From sequence record SRR20825006_1678: a stretch of 39,963 nucleotides of DNA; one strand, 5' to 3'. The notes under the pieces are model-generated. The model was not told where the DNA came from. It saw only the letters and a list, made by a program, of their open reading frames with translations, and did no database searches. Below are positions 8,819-19,130 of the stretch, piece by piece (the first letter of the stretch is position 1; each line of letters starts with the position of its first letter). Made by a program: the position numbers and the translations under genes.

Positions 8819-10027
8819 GTGAAACGCATTTTTACTTCTTACCTCAATACCTTTAAAGGACTATCAAAAGAAATCTGGTGGCTTGCATTGATCACGCTGG
8901 TAAATCGGGCGGGTGCAATGGTGATCCCGTTTTTATCACTATACCTCAGAGACGATTTAGGATTTAGTCTAAGCCGTGTAGGTTGGGTAATGACTTGTTT
9001 TGGGTTTGGTTCACTTTTTGGCTCCTGGCTAGGCGGAATTCTATCTGATAAACTAGGATATTATAAAACCATCCTTTTAAGTCTTATCGCTACCGGAATT
9101 GGATTTTTAGGCTTGCAGTTCATCACTAGCTTCTGGGCGGTATGTATTGGCTTTTTTGCCTTGATCACAGTAGCAGATATGTCTCGGCCTGCTTTTTTCG
9201 TTGCGCTGAGCGCATACAGCAAACCGGAGAACAAAACGCGCTCATTAACTTTAATACGTCTTGCGATCAATTTAGGATTCTCAGCAGGCCCGGCTTTGGG
9301 CGGAATTATCATTGCAAGTATTGGATACTTTGGTTTATTCCTAGCAGACGGCATTACTTGTATTCTCGCCGGCTTGCTACTCATTCAAACATTGAACCCT
9401 AAAAAAGCTAAAGAAACAGATCAAGAAAAAATGATCGAAAATCCCTTAGCGCCGCACAAAGACCGTCTATATGTTATATTCCTGATCGCACTTGCTTTAT
9501 TCGGAGTTGTATTTGTTCAATACTTTTCTACTGTACCGGTTTATTATAAAGAGGTTCGTTTACTTACCGAATCGCAAATTGGACTTTTGCTTGGAATGAA
9601 CGGACTGATGATCTTTTTATTTGAGATGCCATTGATCGCTTTTATGGAAGCTAAAAACTGGAATCACATTTCTAATGTAATCGGCGGACTAGTTTTGACC
9701 GGACTGAGTTTTGGTTTTTTCTATTTCAGCGGTTGGAATGGGGTTTTAATATTAGGTATGGCAGTCGCTACTTTAGGAGAGATGATCGCGTTCCCATTTG
9801 GAAATGCTTTCGCCTTGCGACGTGCTAAACTGGGCAGACAAGGAGCATACATGGGATTGTACAGCATGTCTTTTTCGCTTGCGCATATTTTTGGCCATAA
9901 TAGTGGGATGCAACTTGTGGACCGCTTAGGTTACAAAAGTACTTGGGCCATTATGGCTGCAATAACAGTGGTTGCTTTGCTTTTATTGATCTACGTTAAA
10001 AGAAATAAGGAATTCTCTAAAATTTAG
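8819..10027 (+). CDS. MFS transporter (MdtH/YitG-like exporter)
   Basis: About 12 TM segments; motif A GGILSDKLGYY; NLGFSAGPALGG; GRQGAYMG. Confidence 0.9.
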   Translation: MKRIFTSYLNTFKGLSKEIWWLALITLVNRAGAMVIPFLSLYLRDDLGFSLSRVGWVMTCFGFGSLFGSWLGGILSDKLGYYKTILLSLIATGIGFLGLQFITSFWAVCIGFFALITVADMSRPAFFVALSAYSKPENKTRSLTLIRLAINLGFSAGPALGGIIIASIGYFGLFLADGITCILAGLLLIQTLNPKKAKETDQEKMIENPLAPHKDRLYVIFLIALALFGVVFVQYFSTVPVYYKEVRLLTESQIGLLLGMNGLMIFLFEMPLIAFMEAKNWNHISNVIGGLVLTGLSFGFFYFSGWNGVLILGMAVATLGEMIAFPFGNAFALRRAKLGRQGAYMGLYSMSFSLAHIFGHNSGMQLVDRLGYKSTWAIMAAITVVALLLLIYVKRNKEFSKI

Positions 10028-11417
10028 ATTTGCCCAAATAACTTTCCACAAGTTCGTTGTACGTAGGCTTAATACGCAGCAATTCGGTTTTTGGGATCGA
10101 GTAGAGCGCCTCATAATCATCATAACCTTGCTTCAGCAATTCTTCTAGATAAAAATAAGCAGTATTGTCATCCCCATCAATGGCTGCTAAACTAATTATG
10201 TCTAAGTATGCCGTATCATTTTCGGGATCTAGTAACGTACGTAGTACATTAGCAAAAATGCGCTGATCAAAAAGTGCCACCCGGTTTAAGGTCAGAAAAT
10301 CAGTGACAACATAATCAATATAACCTAGCATGCGTTTAGCTACTTTTTGTTCTTTAGGCTTCGCCGAATTTTGTGCCGCAGCTCTAAATTGCTGTATACG
10401 TTCATCCCAATAACCCAGATTAGAAAAACTACCCAGCGCAAGATCTTCATCTAAAAAGTAACTAATATCATCCAGCAGCAACCCTTCTTCTATATCATCA
10501 GAACGCATATAGCGTTTTTCTTGTTTGTACGCATCAGATCTTCTCAACCCTCGCTGCAGATCGCGCAACGGATCAAGATCAACGTTCCCACGGTATTCTC
10601 CTTTTAAATCTGTGGCCAACTCATAGGCATTGACGTATTCTTCTGCCAAAGTCAATTGTTTAATGGTGTTGAGATCTGTTTGATATTGACGCTGCCATAC
10701 TGTATCAGAAAGCTTTTTATTTAAACGCTCATTATTGAGGTGATACAATCTATTGATCAATGTGCCCATTAACGCTGCCGACGGCCAAGTTTTGGTTTCT
10801 TCAACAAAATAGAGCGTATTGTCATTATTGTAGGCTTTCATCATATAGAAATAATCTTCCATCTGATAATAATTAGGTGAAGCTTCACCAACCACTCCAA
10901 TCGCAAGGTTTTCTTGCGCCTGATCTGCAAACCTGTTTGCAAAGTACACGTCATCAATTAAAAGTAAGTTAGCTTTTCCTCTTACGATGTAGGATAAGGC
11001 ACTTGCCACCTTTGCACCACTCTTATGCCCCGCCAGATACACATTATTCATATCCAGAGAAACCTTTCTAAACACATCTTGCATAATATGCAGCCCCATT
11101 TTTGCATTGGCATCAAGACTGTCTAATGCTTGCGGCAGGGGTTTATTATTAGCAACGATGATATAATTTTCGCCCTGTAATGCAGATACAAAAAGTCGGG
11201 TTGCTTTAGTACCCTCCCCTTCTGAGTCAAAAATAAACAACGCGTTAGACGGATTGTTCACATCGTAGGTTGGCGGCAAATAAATAGAATATGGAATGCT
11301 TATAGAATCGTTAGCGGTCACAGTTTCGGTCACTGCTCCACGATGTAAAACTTGCTCTTGTGCTTTTAAACCGTAAACAGAGATCAAAAGAAGTAGAGCT
11401 AAAGAAAGATTACGCAT
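10017..11417 (-). CDS. Secreted protein with an alpha/beta-hydrolase-like N-domain and a helical/TPR-like C-domain
   Basis: Signal peptide MRNLSLALLLLISVYGLKA; YSIYLPPTY...LFIFD...VYLAGHKSGA esterase-like pattern; C-terminal AYFYLEELLKQGY. Confidence 0.6.
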   Translation of the reverse strand: MRNLSLALLLLISVYGLKAQEQVLHRGAVTETVTANDSISIPYSIYLPPTYDVNNPSNALFIFDSEGEGTKATRLFVSALQGENYIIVANNKPLPQALDSLDANAKMGLHIMQDVFRKVSLDMNNVYLAGHKSGAKVASALSYIVRGKANLLLIDDVYFANRFADQAQENLAIGVVGEASPNYYQMEDYFYMMKAYNNDNTLYFVEETKTWPSAALMGTLINRLYHLNNERLNKKLSDTVWQRQYQTDLNTIKQLTLAEEYVNAYELATDLKGEYRGNVDLDPLRDLQRGLRRSDAYKQEKRYMRSDDIEEGLLLDDISYFLDEDLALGSFSNLGYWDERIQQFRAAAQNSAKPKEQKVAKRMLGYIDYVVTDFLTLNRVALFDQRIFANVLRTLLDPENDTAYLDIISLAAIDGDDNTAYFYLEELLKQGYDDYEALYSIPKTELLRIKPTYNELVESYLGKSKF

Positions 11418-11464
11418 AAAGTTTTTTACTATTCTTATCAATAATTATGCTACAATTTAGACAT

Positions 11465-11492
11465 AAAAAAACTGCTTTGTATTAAAGCAGTT
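11465..11492 (-). terminator. Intrinsic terminator after the DUF1328-like gene
   Basis: AACTGCTTT-gtatt-AAAGCAGTT with an A-run on its left (U-tract on the minus strand). Confidence 0.75.
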
Positions 11493-11518
11493 CTAAATTC
11501 AGGAATGAAAAGGCTGAT

Positions 11519-11716
11519 TTATGATTTTACCTGTTGCGCGATAGGCTTAGGATTCTTCTTAAATAAAAATTTGGCAAATAAAGAAACTACAAATAAATCT
11601 GCTGAAATCAGAAATAAGATACGTGCAGCTTCGGTTGCCCAAAGATCAAACCCTCCAAAACCATAGATTCCTGTTACAATCGCAATTATCAAAAAAGGAA
11701 GTGTAAATCGTTTCAT
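11519..11716 (-). CDS. DUF1328/UPF0391 (YtjA-like) small membrane protein
   Basis: FLIIAIVTGIYGFGG...AARILF pattern; two TM segments. Confidence 0.7.
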   Translation of the reverse strand: MKRFTLPFLIIAIVTGIYGFGGFDLWATEAARILFLISADLFVVSLFAKFLFKKNPKPIAQQVKS

Positions 11717-11923
11717 AATAGAGTGTTTTTGTTTAATACTGCGGTAAAAGTAGTGCGGTAGTCTTGCTTCTTATCACAACGATTTCCTAATTACCTAAAT
11801 TTTAACGCAAGTACTAAAACTCTCTTAACAAGCAAATTACCCAGCCCAAAATGTAAGCTTTTAAGCGTAGAAGAGACCACCAACACAAAACGCAGCAGCA
11901 CCTGTTATTTGAAGTACAGTTTG

Positions 11924-11931
11924 TATCTTTG
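11924..11931 (+). promoter_or_regulatory. -7 promoter element for lipA-gap
   Basis: TATCTTTG about 19 nt before ATG 11951. Confidence 0.65.
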
Positions 11932-11950
11932 CTGACCTAAAAGAATTGTG

Positions 11951-12823
11951 ATGAATACTGAAACATTAGCAGCACCGGTTCATAAACCAAAACCTAAATG
12001 GTTGCGTGTAAAATTGCCCACCGGCAAGAAATACACAGAACTTAGGAGCCTCGTAGATAAGTATGATTTACACACCATCTGCACCTCAGGAAGCTGCCCA
12101 AATATGGGAGAATGCTGGAGCGAGGGAACGGCGACCTTTATGATCTTAGGTAACGTATGTACCCGTTCTTGCGGATTCTGTGGTGTTAAAACCGGAAGGC
12201 CAGATACCTTAGATTGGGAAGAACCAGAAAAAGTGGCTCGTTCCATCAAGCTTATGAAAATTAAGCACGCGGTAATTACTTCAGTAGACCGCGATGATCT
12301 AAAAGATATGGGTTCTATAATGTGGGCTGAAACGGTTAAAGCTATCAGACGCATGAACCCAGACACTACCTTAGAAACTCTTATACCTGACTTTCAAGGT
12401 AACGAGCGCAATATTGATCGTATCGTTGAAGTGGCGCCTGAAGTGGTCTCTCATAATATGGAAACGGTAAAACGCCTCACCCGAGAAGTGCGTATACAAG
12501 CGCAATATGAGCGTAGTTTAGGCGTGCTTAAATATTTAAAAGAGCAAGGCATCAGACGTACCAAGTCAGGCATCATGCTAGGTCTGGGTGAGACTGAAGA
12601 AGAAGTCATTCAAACCTTAAGAGATTTACGCGATGCTGATGTAGATGTGGTGACTATAGGGCAATACCTTCAGCCTTCAAAAAAACATCTTGCGGTGAAA
12701 CAATTCATCACGCCAGATCAATTTAAAAAATACGAGACTATAGGTTTAGAAATGGGCTTCCGTCACGTAGAGAGTAGTGCACTCGTGCGCTCTTCATATA
12801 AAGCTCAAAAGCACCTTAACTAG
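11951..12823 (+). CDS. lipA: Lipoyl synthase
   Basis: CTSGSCPNMGEC (CX4CX5C), radical SAM CTRSCGFC, C-terminal RSSY. Confidence 0.97.
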   Translation: MNTETLAAPVHKPKPKWLRVKLPTGKKYTELRSLVDKYDLHTICTSGSCPNMGECWSEGTATFMILGNVCTRSCGFCGVKTGRPDTLDWEEPEKVARSIKLMKIKHAVITSVDRDDLKDMGSIMWAETVKAIRRMNPDTTLETLIPDFQGNERNIDRIVEVAPEVVSHNMETVKRLTREVRIQAQYERSLGVLKYLKEQGIRRTKSGIMLGLGETEEEVIQTLRDLRDADVDVVTIGQYLQPSKKHLAVKQFITPDQFKKYETIGLEMGFRHVESSALVRSSYKAQKHLN

Positions 12824-12834
12824 ACGTATTGCGC

Positions 12835-13830
12835 ATGAGAACTATCAAAATCGGGATCAACGGTTTTGGACGCATCGGTCGGAGATTGTTTCGCCTTTTG
12901 CACGAGCATCCACAAATTGAAGTAGTCGCCATAAACGATAAAGCCAATGGTGCAACCTTAGCGCATCTGCTTAAATACGATAGTATTCACGGCATTTTTC
13001 CACCGGAAATTAGTTATCAAGATACTGCCCTCTATGTCGATCAACAAGTAGTTCAACTTTATCAGAAGTCTGATCCGGGATGCATTCCTTGGAAAAATCA
13101 CGATCTGGATCTCATCGTTGAAGCCACCGGTAAGTTTAAAACCGAAGAAGCGCTTCTTCCGCATCTTGAGGCTGGCGCTCCCAAAGTCATTCTAAGTGTT
13201 CCACCGGCAGATGATCATATTAAAACGATTGTGCTTGGTGTAAATGACACATTGCTTGATGGTAGTGAGCGTATCATTTCTAATGCGAGTTGCACCACCA
13301 ACAATGCAGCCCCAATGATTAAAGTGGTAAATGATTTATGCGGAATTAAGCAGGCGTATATTACTACGGTACATTCGTACACTACAGATCAAAGTTTGCA
13401 CGATCAGCCACACGCAGACTTAAGACGCGCGCGAGCTGCAGGTCAATCTATCGTACCCACCACCACAGGTGCCGCAAAAGCGCTCACTAAAATTTTTCCA
13501 GATTTAAGCGAAGTAATTGGTGGCTGCGGAATTCGGGTACCGGTGCCTAACGGATCTTTAACTGACCTTACCTTAAACGTTTCTCGCGAGACTACAATAG
13601 AGGAAATTAACGCTGCTTTTGAACACGCGGCTTCACACGAACTCAAAGGCATTTTAGAGTTTACAAATGTTCCTTTAGTTTCTATTGACATTGTAGGAAA
13701 TACCCATTCGGTGATTGTAGACGCTCAAATGACCTCTGTGATTGGTAACTTGGTGAAACTCATAGGTTGGTACGATAATGAGACCGGTTACTCTTCAAGA
13801 TTGATTGATCTCATTCTTAAAATCTCTTAA
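12835..13830 (+). CDS. gap: Type I glyceraldehyde-3-phosphate dehydrogenase
   Basis: GINGFGRIGR, NASCTTN, PTTTGAAKA, RVPVPNGS, WYDNE; start could instead be TTG 12829. Confidence 0.93.
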   Translation: MRTIKIGINGFGRIGRRLFRLLHEHPQIEVVAINDKANGATLAHLLKYDSIHGIFPPEISYQDTALYVDQQVVQLYQKSDPGCIPWKNHDLDLIVEATGKFKTEEALLPHLEAGAPKVILSVPPADDHIKTIVLGVNDTLLDGSERIISNASCTTNNAAPMIKVVNDLCGIKQAYITTVHSYTTDQSLHDQPHADLRRARAAGQSIVPTTTGAAKALTKIFPDLSEVIGGCGIRVPVPNGSLTDLTLNVSRETTIEEINAAFEHAASHELKGILEFTNVPLVSIDIVGNTHSVIVDAQMTSVIGNLVKLIGWYDNETGYSSRLIDLILKIS

Positions 13831-13885
13831 AAATTCTTAAAGTTTTCTGCAGATATTCTATCAAAGTGTCTATATTAGTGACTTA

Positions 13886-16108
13886 ATGCGTCAAAAAATG
13901 CTGATCGACAGAAAACTACTTGTCGTCTTATTTACCCTAATTTCCGTGGTCTGTTTTGGTCAACAATCAAGCAGATCTGAAAACGTACAGAACATTCAGA
14001 TTGATTCGCTTTTACTGGGCGGAATCTACGCAATGGAGCAGGCAGATTTTGAATCAGCGATCGTCAATATCAAAAAAGCCGAAGCCCTTTCGATAAAATC
14101 ATTGAATCAAAGTGGCGAAGCGATTAGCAACCAATTACTTTCTAAAATTTATTTTGAGCGCGGCGATCCTAAGCTCGCTACTCCGCTTATTCTTAATGCA
14201 ATTAAACTGCACCAAGAACTTCAAGAATTAGACAATCTGGGGCAAGACTATTTGATTTACAGTCAAATCCTATCTAAAACCGGAAATTACGAGCGTGCAT
14301 TACCCTTTTTAGAAAATGCCGCATTAATTTTTGAAAGCACGCGTGATGAGGACTCCAGAGTACAATTGGCTACGACCTATTTGTATGAGGGCAACATTTT
14401 GCAGGAACTCAAAAACAATGAAGAAGCCCTATTAAAATATCAGCAAGCCGAAGCGATTTTAAACAAAACAAAGGGCAAACACAGTTATTTGCTTTGCCGC
14501 GTTTTTTTACAACAGGGCAGAATGAATTTCCTGCTCAATCAGTTGGATACTGCATTGTCGTATGCTAACAAAGCACACGAACTCAGTTTAAATAATAATT
14601 ACCCGCAGCTTGAAGTTGATGGATTGAATTTATTGAGCACCATTTATTCCGCACGACAAGAATTTGAGGAAGCTTTCAGCTACCTTTCTTTATACAATCA
14701 AAAACGCAGCAGTTATTTTGGAGAAAACAATTCAACTGCTAAAAATGTCGCGATTCGCAATGCGTTGCTCGCCAACATCAATGCTGATGATTACGACCCT
14801 GCAAAACGCGTTCAGGCTAATAAGATCACAACTGTACTCATTATTGCGCTGTTTACTATTTTGTGTCTTTTAGCACTTTCTCTTTATAAGAATAATAATT
14901 TACGTGCTAAGGCAAACGAGCTTCTGCAAGCTAAAAACGCCGAACTGATGATCGCCAAAGAAAATGCCGAGAAGGCTTCTGTGGTTAAGGCGCAGTTTTT
15001 ATCTACGATCACGCACGAACTTCGTACTCCGATGTATGCAGTAACCGGACTCACGCATTTACTTTTAAGTGAAAATCCTACCGAAGAGCAAAAGAAGCAT
15101 CTTGACTCCTTAAAATTTTCAGGAGAATATTTACTCTCGCTCATCAATAACATTCTTGACCTCAACAAGCTTGAGGCCGATAAGGTTGAAGTTGAACAAG
15201 CAACCTTTAATCTACGTAAACGTGTAGATGATGTACTGTTTGCTTTGGAGCGTTCGGCGCAAGAAAAAGGCAACAAGCTCAACCTGGAATATGATGAAGA
15301 AATTCCTGATCAGATCATTGGTGACCCATTAATGATTTCGCAGATTCTTATCAATTTGATCGGTAACGGTAATAAATTTACCAGAGACGGGGATATTTTT
15401 ATTCGCATCAAGCAATTGAGCAGCAATGAAAGTCAAACCTATCTTCATTTTGAAGTTGAAGATACCGGAGAAGGAATCAGCAAGAAAAAACAGAAAGATA
15501 TCTTCCAGAATTTCACTCAAGGTTCGGTACAGATCAACCGAAAATTTGGCGGTACCGGTTTAGGACTTTCTATAGTTAAGCGCCTGCTCACCCTTCAAAA
15601 AAGTAAAATTGAACTGGAAAGTACGCTTGGAAAAGGCTCTAAATTCTTCTTTGACATCAAGTATGGCCTGGCAAAAAGCAAAACTAACGAAACCGAAGAG
15701 CGCGTGTATGAGATAGATTACGAGGCCCTAAAAGGCAAAAAGCTGTTGGTAGTTGAAGACAACAAGATCAACCAAATGATCACCCGCAAAATTCTTGAAA
15801 AAAATGAGATGATGTGCGAAGTGGCAGACAATGGTGAAATCGCTATTGAAAAAGTACGCTTTGAGAACTTTGACTTGGTTTTAATGGATATTCATATGCC
15901 GGGAATAAGCGGTATCGAAGCCACTCAGAAAATACGCGAATTCAATAAAGACCTGCCTATTCTAGCCCTAACAGCGGTAACTATTGAAGAAAATATAGAC
16001 GATTTTTATCTGGCCGGTTTCAACGACATCATCCCAAAACCTTATAAAGTAGAGGAATTCTTCTTTAAAATCCATAATGCCTTAAAACGTAAAAATGTTA
16101 TTCTTTAG
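13886..16108 (+). CDS. TPR-containing hybrid sensor histidine kinase/response regulator
   Basis: Signal peptide, TPR-like helices, one TM, THELRTP H-box, NLIGNGNKFT, DTGEGI, GGTGLGL, receiver domain VVEDN...LMDIHMP. Confidence 0.93.
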   Translation: MRQKMLIDRKLLVVLFTLISVVCFGQQSSRSENVQNIQIDSLLLGGIYAMEQADFESAIVNIKKAEALSIKSLNQSGEAISNQLLSKIYFERGDPKLATPLILNAIKLHQELQELDNLGQDYLIYSQILSKTGNYERALPFLENAALIFESTRDEDSRVQLATTYLYEGNILQELKNNEEALLKYQQAEAILNKTKGKHSYLLCRVFLQQGRMNFLLNQLDTALSYANKAHELSLNNNYPQLEVDGLNLLSTIYSARQEFEEAFSYLSLYNQKRSSYFGENNSTAKNVAIRNALLANINADDYDPAKRVQANKITTVLIIALFTILCLLALSLYKNNNLRAKANELLQAKNAELMIAKENAEKASVVKAQFLSTITHELRTPMYAVTGLTHLLLSENPTEEQKKHLDSLKFSGEYLLSLINNILDLNKLEADKVEVEQATFNLRKRVDDVLFALERSAQEKGNKLNLEYDEEIPDQIIGDPLMISQILINLIGNGNKFTRDGDIFIRIKQLSSNESQTYLHFEVEDTGEGISKKKQKDIFQNFTQGSVQINRKFGGTGLGLSIVKRLLTLQKSKIELESTLGKGSKFFFDIKYGLAKSKTNETEERVYEIDYEALKGKKLLVVEDNKINQMITRKILEKNEMMCEVADNGEIAIEKVRFENFDLVLMDIHMPGISGIEATQKIREFNKDLPILALTAVTIEENIDDFYLAGFNDIIPKPYKVEEFFFKIHNALKRKNVIL

Positions 16109-17117
16109 GGAAGTGCTGCTTTACAAAATTTAGCAGATCATTGTTGAAACGTTCCGTTGCTCTTAAAAACTTCATTTCAATAGGCACATACAGCAACGTA
16201 GCTTTTTTCAGTTTACCATTTAAGCGCATATAATCTTTTTCGGTGGTAAGTATGACTTCGTGCTGATCTAATGCGTGTAGTTCTTTAGGAGTAAAATTAT
16301 GATGATCGTTAAACCGAAGCCCTTCAAAATTCAAGTTCTTCCCTTTTAAAAAGTCAAAAAAAGGCTCTGGTTTGGCAATACCGGTTACCACTGTAATTTT
16401 CTTATTACGCAAGGTACTATAGTCTGTAAAAGCTGTGCTTCCTTGAATTTCACCATAACCAATGCTGCTAAAATAAACCGGAGCATCACTATAAGTTCCA
16501 ATCTTCGTTTGTATCGCTTGCATCTCTTTTTCTCCTAAACCTGAAGGGCATTTAGTAACTACAATACAATGCGCTCGGGATGCTCCTTGTCTAGACTCTC
16601 TTAAATTTCCTGCCGGAAGTACCAGATCTTTGTAAAACACATCATTATACGCCGTAAGCATAATCAGGTATCCAGGCTGTACCTTTCTGTGCTGAAAAAC
16701 ATCATCTAAAACCACTACCTCAGGTTTTGGAGTTTGCTGCATCAACTTGGCGATACCGGTTTGACGATCTTCGCAAACAGCAACAGCTACCTGCTCAAAT
16801 TTTGTAGCAAACTGCAAAGGTTCATCCCCTACTTCGCTAGCGTGAGCCTTCGGGGTGACGGGTAAAAACCCTTTGGTAGACCTGCCATATCCTCTACTTA
16901 AGGTCGCCAGACGATACTCCTTCTTTAAAAGATGCAGCACATACTCCGTCATTGGTGTTTTTCCGGTACCGCCAACGCTTAAGTTGCCAATACCAATCAC
17001 CGGAAAATCATACGATTTTTGTTCGAATATTCCTTTTTCAAATAGGTAATTACGTACTCGGGTAACCCCGTCGTAAGGCACCGAAAAAGGCCAGAGTATT
17101 TTTCGCAAGTCTTTCAC
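16098..17117 (-). CDS. lpxK: Tetraacyldisaccharide 4'-kinase
   Basis: GNLSVGGTGKTP, LSRGYGR, GDEP, LDDVFQH, PAGNLRE, TTEKD. Confidence 0.96.
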   Translation of the reverse strand: MKDLRKILWPFSVPYDGVTRVRNYLFEKGIFEQKSYDFPVIGIGNLSVGGTGKTPMTEYVLHLLKKEYRLATLSRGYGRSTKGFLPVTPKAHASEVGDEPLQFATKFEQVAVAVCEDRQTGIAKLMQQTPKPEVVVLDDVFQHRKVQPGYLIMLTAYNDVFYKDLVLPAGNLRESRQGASRAHCIVVTKCPSGLGEKEMQAIQTKIGTYSDAPVYFSSIGYGEIQGSTAFTDYSTLRNKKITVVTGIAKPEPFFDFLKGKNLNFEGLRFNDHHNFTPKELHALDQHEVILTTEKDYMRLNGKLKKATLLYVPIEMKFLRATERFNNDLLNFVKQHFPKE

Positions 17118-17254
17118 AACGCCGAAGGTATTACTTTTTAAACTTTTGAACGCGTGACTTATTTGTTAACCCTGACAAAACAAGATTTAGCAATAAAATA
17201 AGTAGCTTCACTTATCGCAATCTTTACCTTTACCACTTATTAGAATTACGAGTT

Positions 17255-18349
17255 ATGACCATTAAAGACGTCGCACAAACCCTTGAAGAATTTGCTCCCC
17301 TCGCCAATGCCGAAGATTTTGACAATGTAGGTCTTCTGCTGGGAAACTATCACACACAAGTTACCGGTATTCTGGTTACTCTTGATACACTTGAACAAAC
17401 TGTCGATGAAGCCATTGCTAAAAACTGCAACTTGATTGTAAGTTTTCATCCCATAATTTTTAGCGGACTCAAGAAGATCACCGGTAAAAATTATGTAGAA
17501 CGTGTGGTGCTTAAAGCGATCCAAAATGACATTGCTATTTACGCCATTCATACTGCACTTGACAATATGCCACACGGTGTGAGTAAAGGGATGTGCGATG
17601 CGTTAAATCTGGAGCAGCGCAAGATCTTAATTCCTAAAAAAGGAGCTATTAAAAAACTCACGACCTATGTACCCAAAAATGAGGTAATCACTGTGAGAGA
17701 AGCACTTTTTAAAGCAGGAGCCGGAAACATTGGCAATTATAAAGAGTGTAGTTTTAGCACCAAAGGCAAAGGTACTTTTAAGGGCAATGAACATAGCAAT
17801 CCCAGCGTTGGAAATCGAGGCGAACTGCATATTGAAAAAGAAGTACAACTCAATATTACGTTTGAAGCGCGCCTGCAATCACGCATCTTAAGCGCACTTT
17901 TTGCAGCGCATTCATATGAAGAAGTAGCCTATGAAATCACCACTTTAGACAATGCCAATCAAAATATTGGAATGGGGATGATAGGAGAACTACCCGAAGC
18001 CCTTGAGGAATTAGACTTTTTAAATCAGGTCAAAAAAGCATTTCATGCTGAAGGAATTCGGTATTCTGCTTTGCGTGGTCAACCTGTAAAAAAGGTCGCG
18101 GTTTTAGGAGGGAGTGGAAGTTTTGCCATTGACGCCGCTAAAGCTGCCGGAGCCGATGCGCTGATCACCGCAGATCTTAAATACCATCAGTTTTATCAAG
18201 CTGAAGGTCAAATCCTTTTAGCTGATATTGGGCATTATGAAAGCGAGCAATACACAAAAAATATTTTGACCGACTTTCTTAAGAAAAAATTTACTAATTT
18301 CGCAGTCGTTTTATCAGACGAAAACACCAATCCTATTAAGTATTTATAA
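17255..18349 (+). CDS. Nif3-like dinuclear metal centre protein with PII-like insertion (YqfO type)
   Basis: FDNVGLL, FHPIIF, HTALD, AGAGNIGNY...HSYEEVAY insert, GHYESE. Confidence 0.93.
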   Translation: MTIKDVAQTLEEFAPLANAEDFDNVGLLLGNYHTQVTGILVTLDTLEQTVDEAIAKNCNLIVSFHPIIFSGLKKITGKNYVERVVLKAIQNDIAIYAIHTALDNMPHGVSKGMCDALNLEQRKILIPKKGAIKKLTTYVPKNEVITVREALFKAGAGNIGNYKECSFSTKGKGTFKGNEHSNPSVGNRGELHIEKEVQLNITFEARLQSRILSALFAAHSYEEVAYEITTLDNANQNIGMGMIGELPEALEELDFLNQVKKAFHAEGIRYSALRGQPVKKVAVLGGSGSFAIDAAKAAGADALITADLKYHQFYQAEGQILLADIGHYESEQYTKNILTDFLKKKFTNFAVVLSDENTNPIKYL

Positions 18350-18350
18350 T

Positions 18351-19130
18351 ATGGCAAAAAAGACCGAAGCAACTGTAGAAGAGAAACTCAGAGCATTGTA
18401 TGACCTACAGCTGATACACTCTCGCGTTGATACCATACGCAACGTGCGTGGTGAGCTTCCTTTAGAAGTAGAAGATCTTGAAGATGAAGTTGCAGGATTA
18501 AATACCCGACTTGACAAATTAGGTGGTGAGTTGAGCTTAATCGACGATCAGATTAAAGCTAAAAAAATTCTTATTGAAGACGCAAAAGCTGCTATTAAGA
18601 AATATACTGAACAGCAAAAAAATGTGCGTAACAACAGAGAGTACAACTCGCTAAGTAAGGAAATTGAATTTCAAGAGTTAGAAATTCAGCTTGCTGAAAA
18701 AAATATCAGAGAATTCCGTGCGCAGATCGAGCAGAAAAACGAAGTGATCGATTCTACTAAAGAACGTCTTGACGAGCGCAAAAAGCACTTGAAGCACAAA
18801 AAAGACGAGCTTGATGAGATCTTAGCTGAAACGGAAAAAGAAGAACAAGCACTTCTTGAAAAAGGAGAAAGCTACGAAGAACAAATTGATGAGCGTCTTG
18901 TAAAAGCTTACAAGCGCATTCGCTCTAACGTACGCAATGGTCTTGCCGTTGTGGCTATTGAGCGTGGTGCATCTGGAGGTTCTTTCTTTACGATCCCACC
19001 ACAAGTACAAGTGGAAATCGCAGGTCGTAAAAAGATCATCACTGATGAGCATAGTGGTCGTATCTTAGTTGACGAGGAACTTGCAAAAGAAGAATCAGAA
19101 AAAATGGAAGCTATTTTTGCGAAACTCTAA
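18351..19130 (+). CDS. C4-type zinc ribbon domain coiled-coil protein (DUF164/CdsZ-like)
   Basis: Long coiled coil, NNREY, C-terminal ASGGSFFTIPPQ...DEHSGRIL; 1 nt after nif3. Confidence 0.88.
   Translation: MAKKTEATVEEKLRALYDLQLIHSRVDTIRNVRGELPLEVEDLEDEVAGLNTRLDKLGGELSLIDDQIKAKKILIEDAKAAIKKYTEQQKNVRNNREYNSLSKEIEFQELEIQLAEKNIREFRAQIEQKNEVIDSTKERLDERKKHLKHKKDELDEILAETEKEEQALLEKGESYEEQIDERLVKAYKRIRSNVRNGLAVVAIERGASGGSFFTIPPQVQVEIAGRKKIITDEHSGRILVDEELAKEESEKMEAIFAKL

Noticed and set aside
4079-16108. Three convergent gene pairs each overlap by exactly 11 bp (4079-4089, 10017-10027, 16098-16108)
   Set aside because: The overlap sequences differ and short convergent overlaps are common; probably coincidence.
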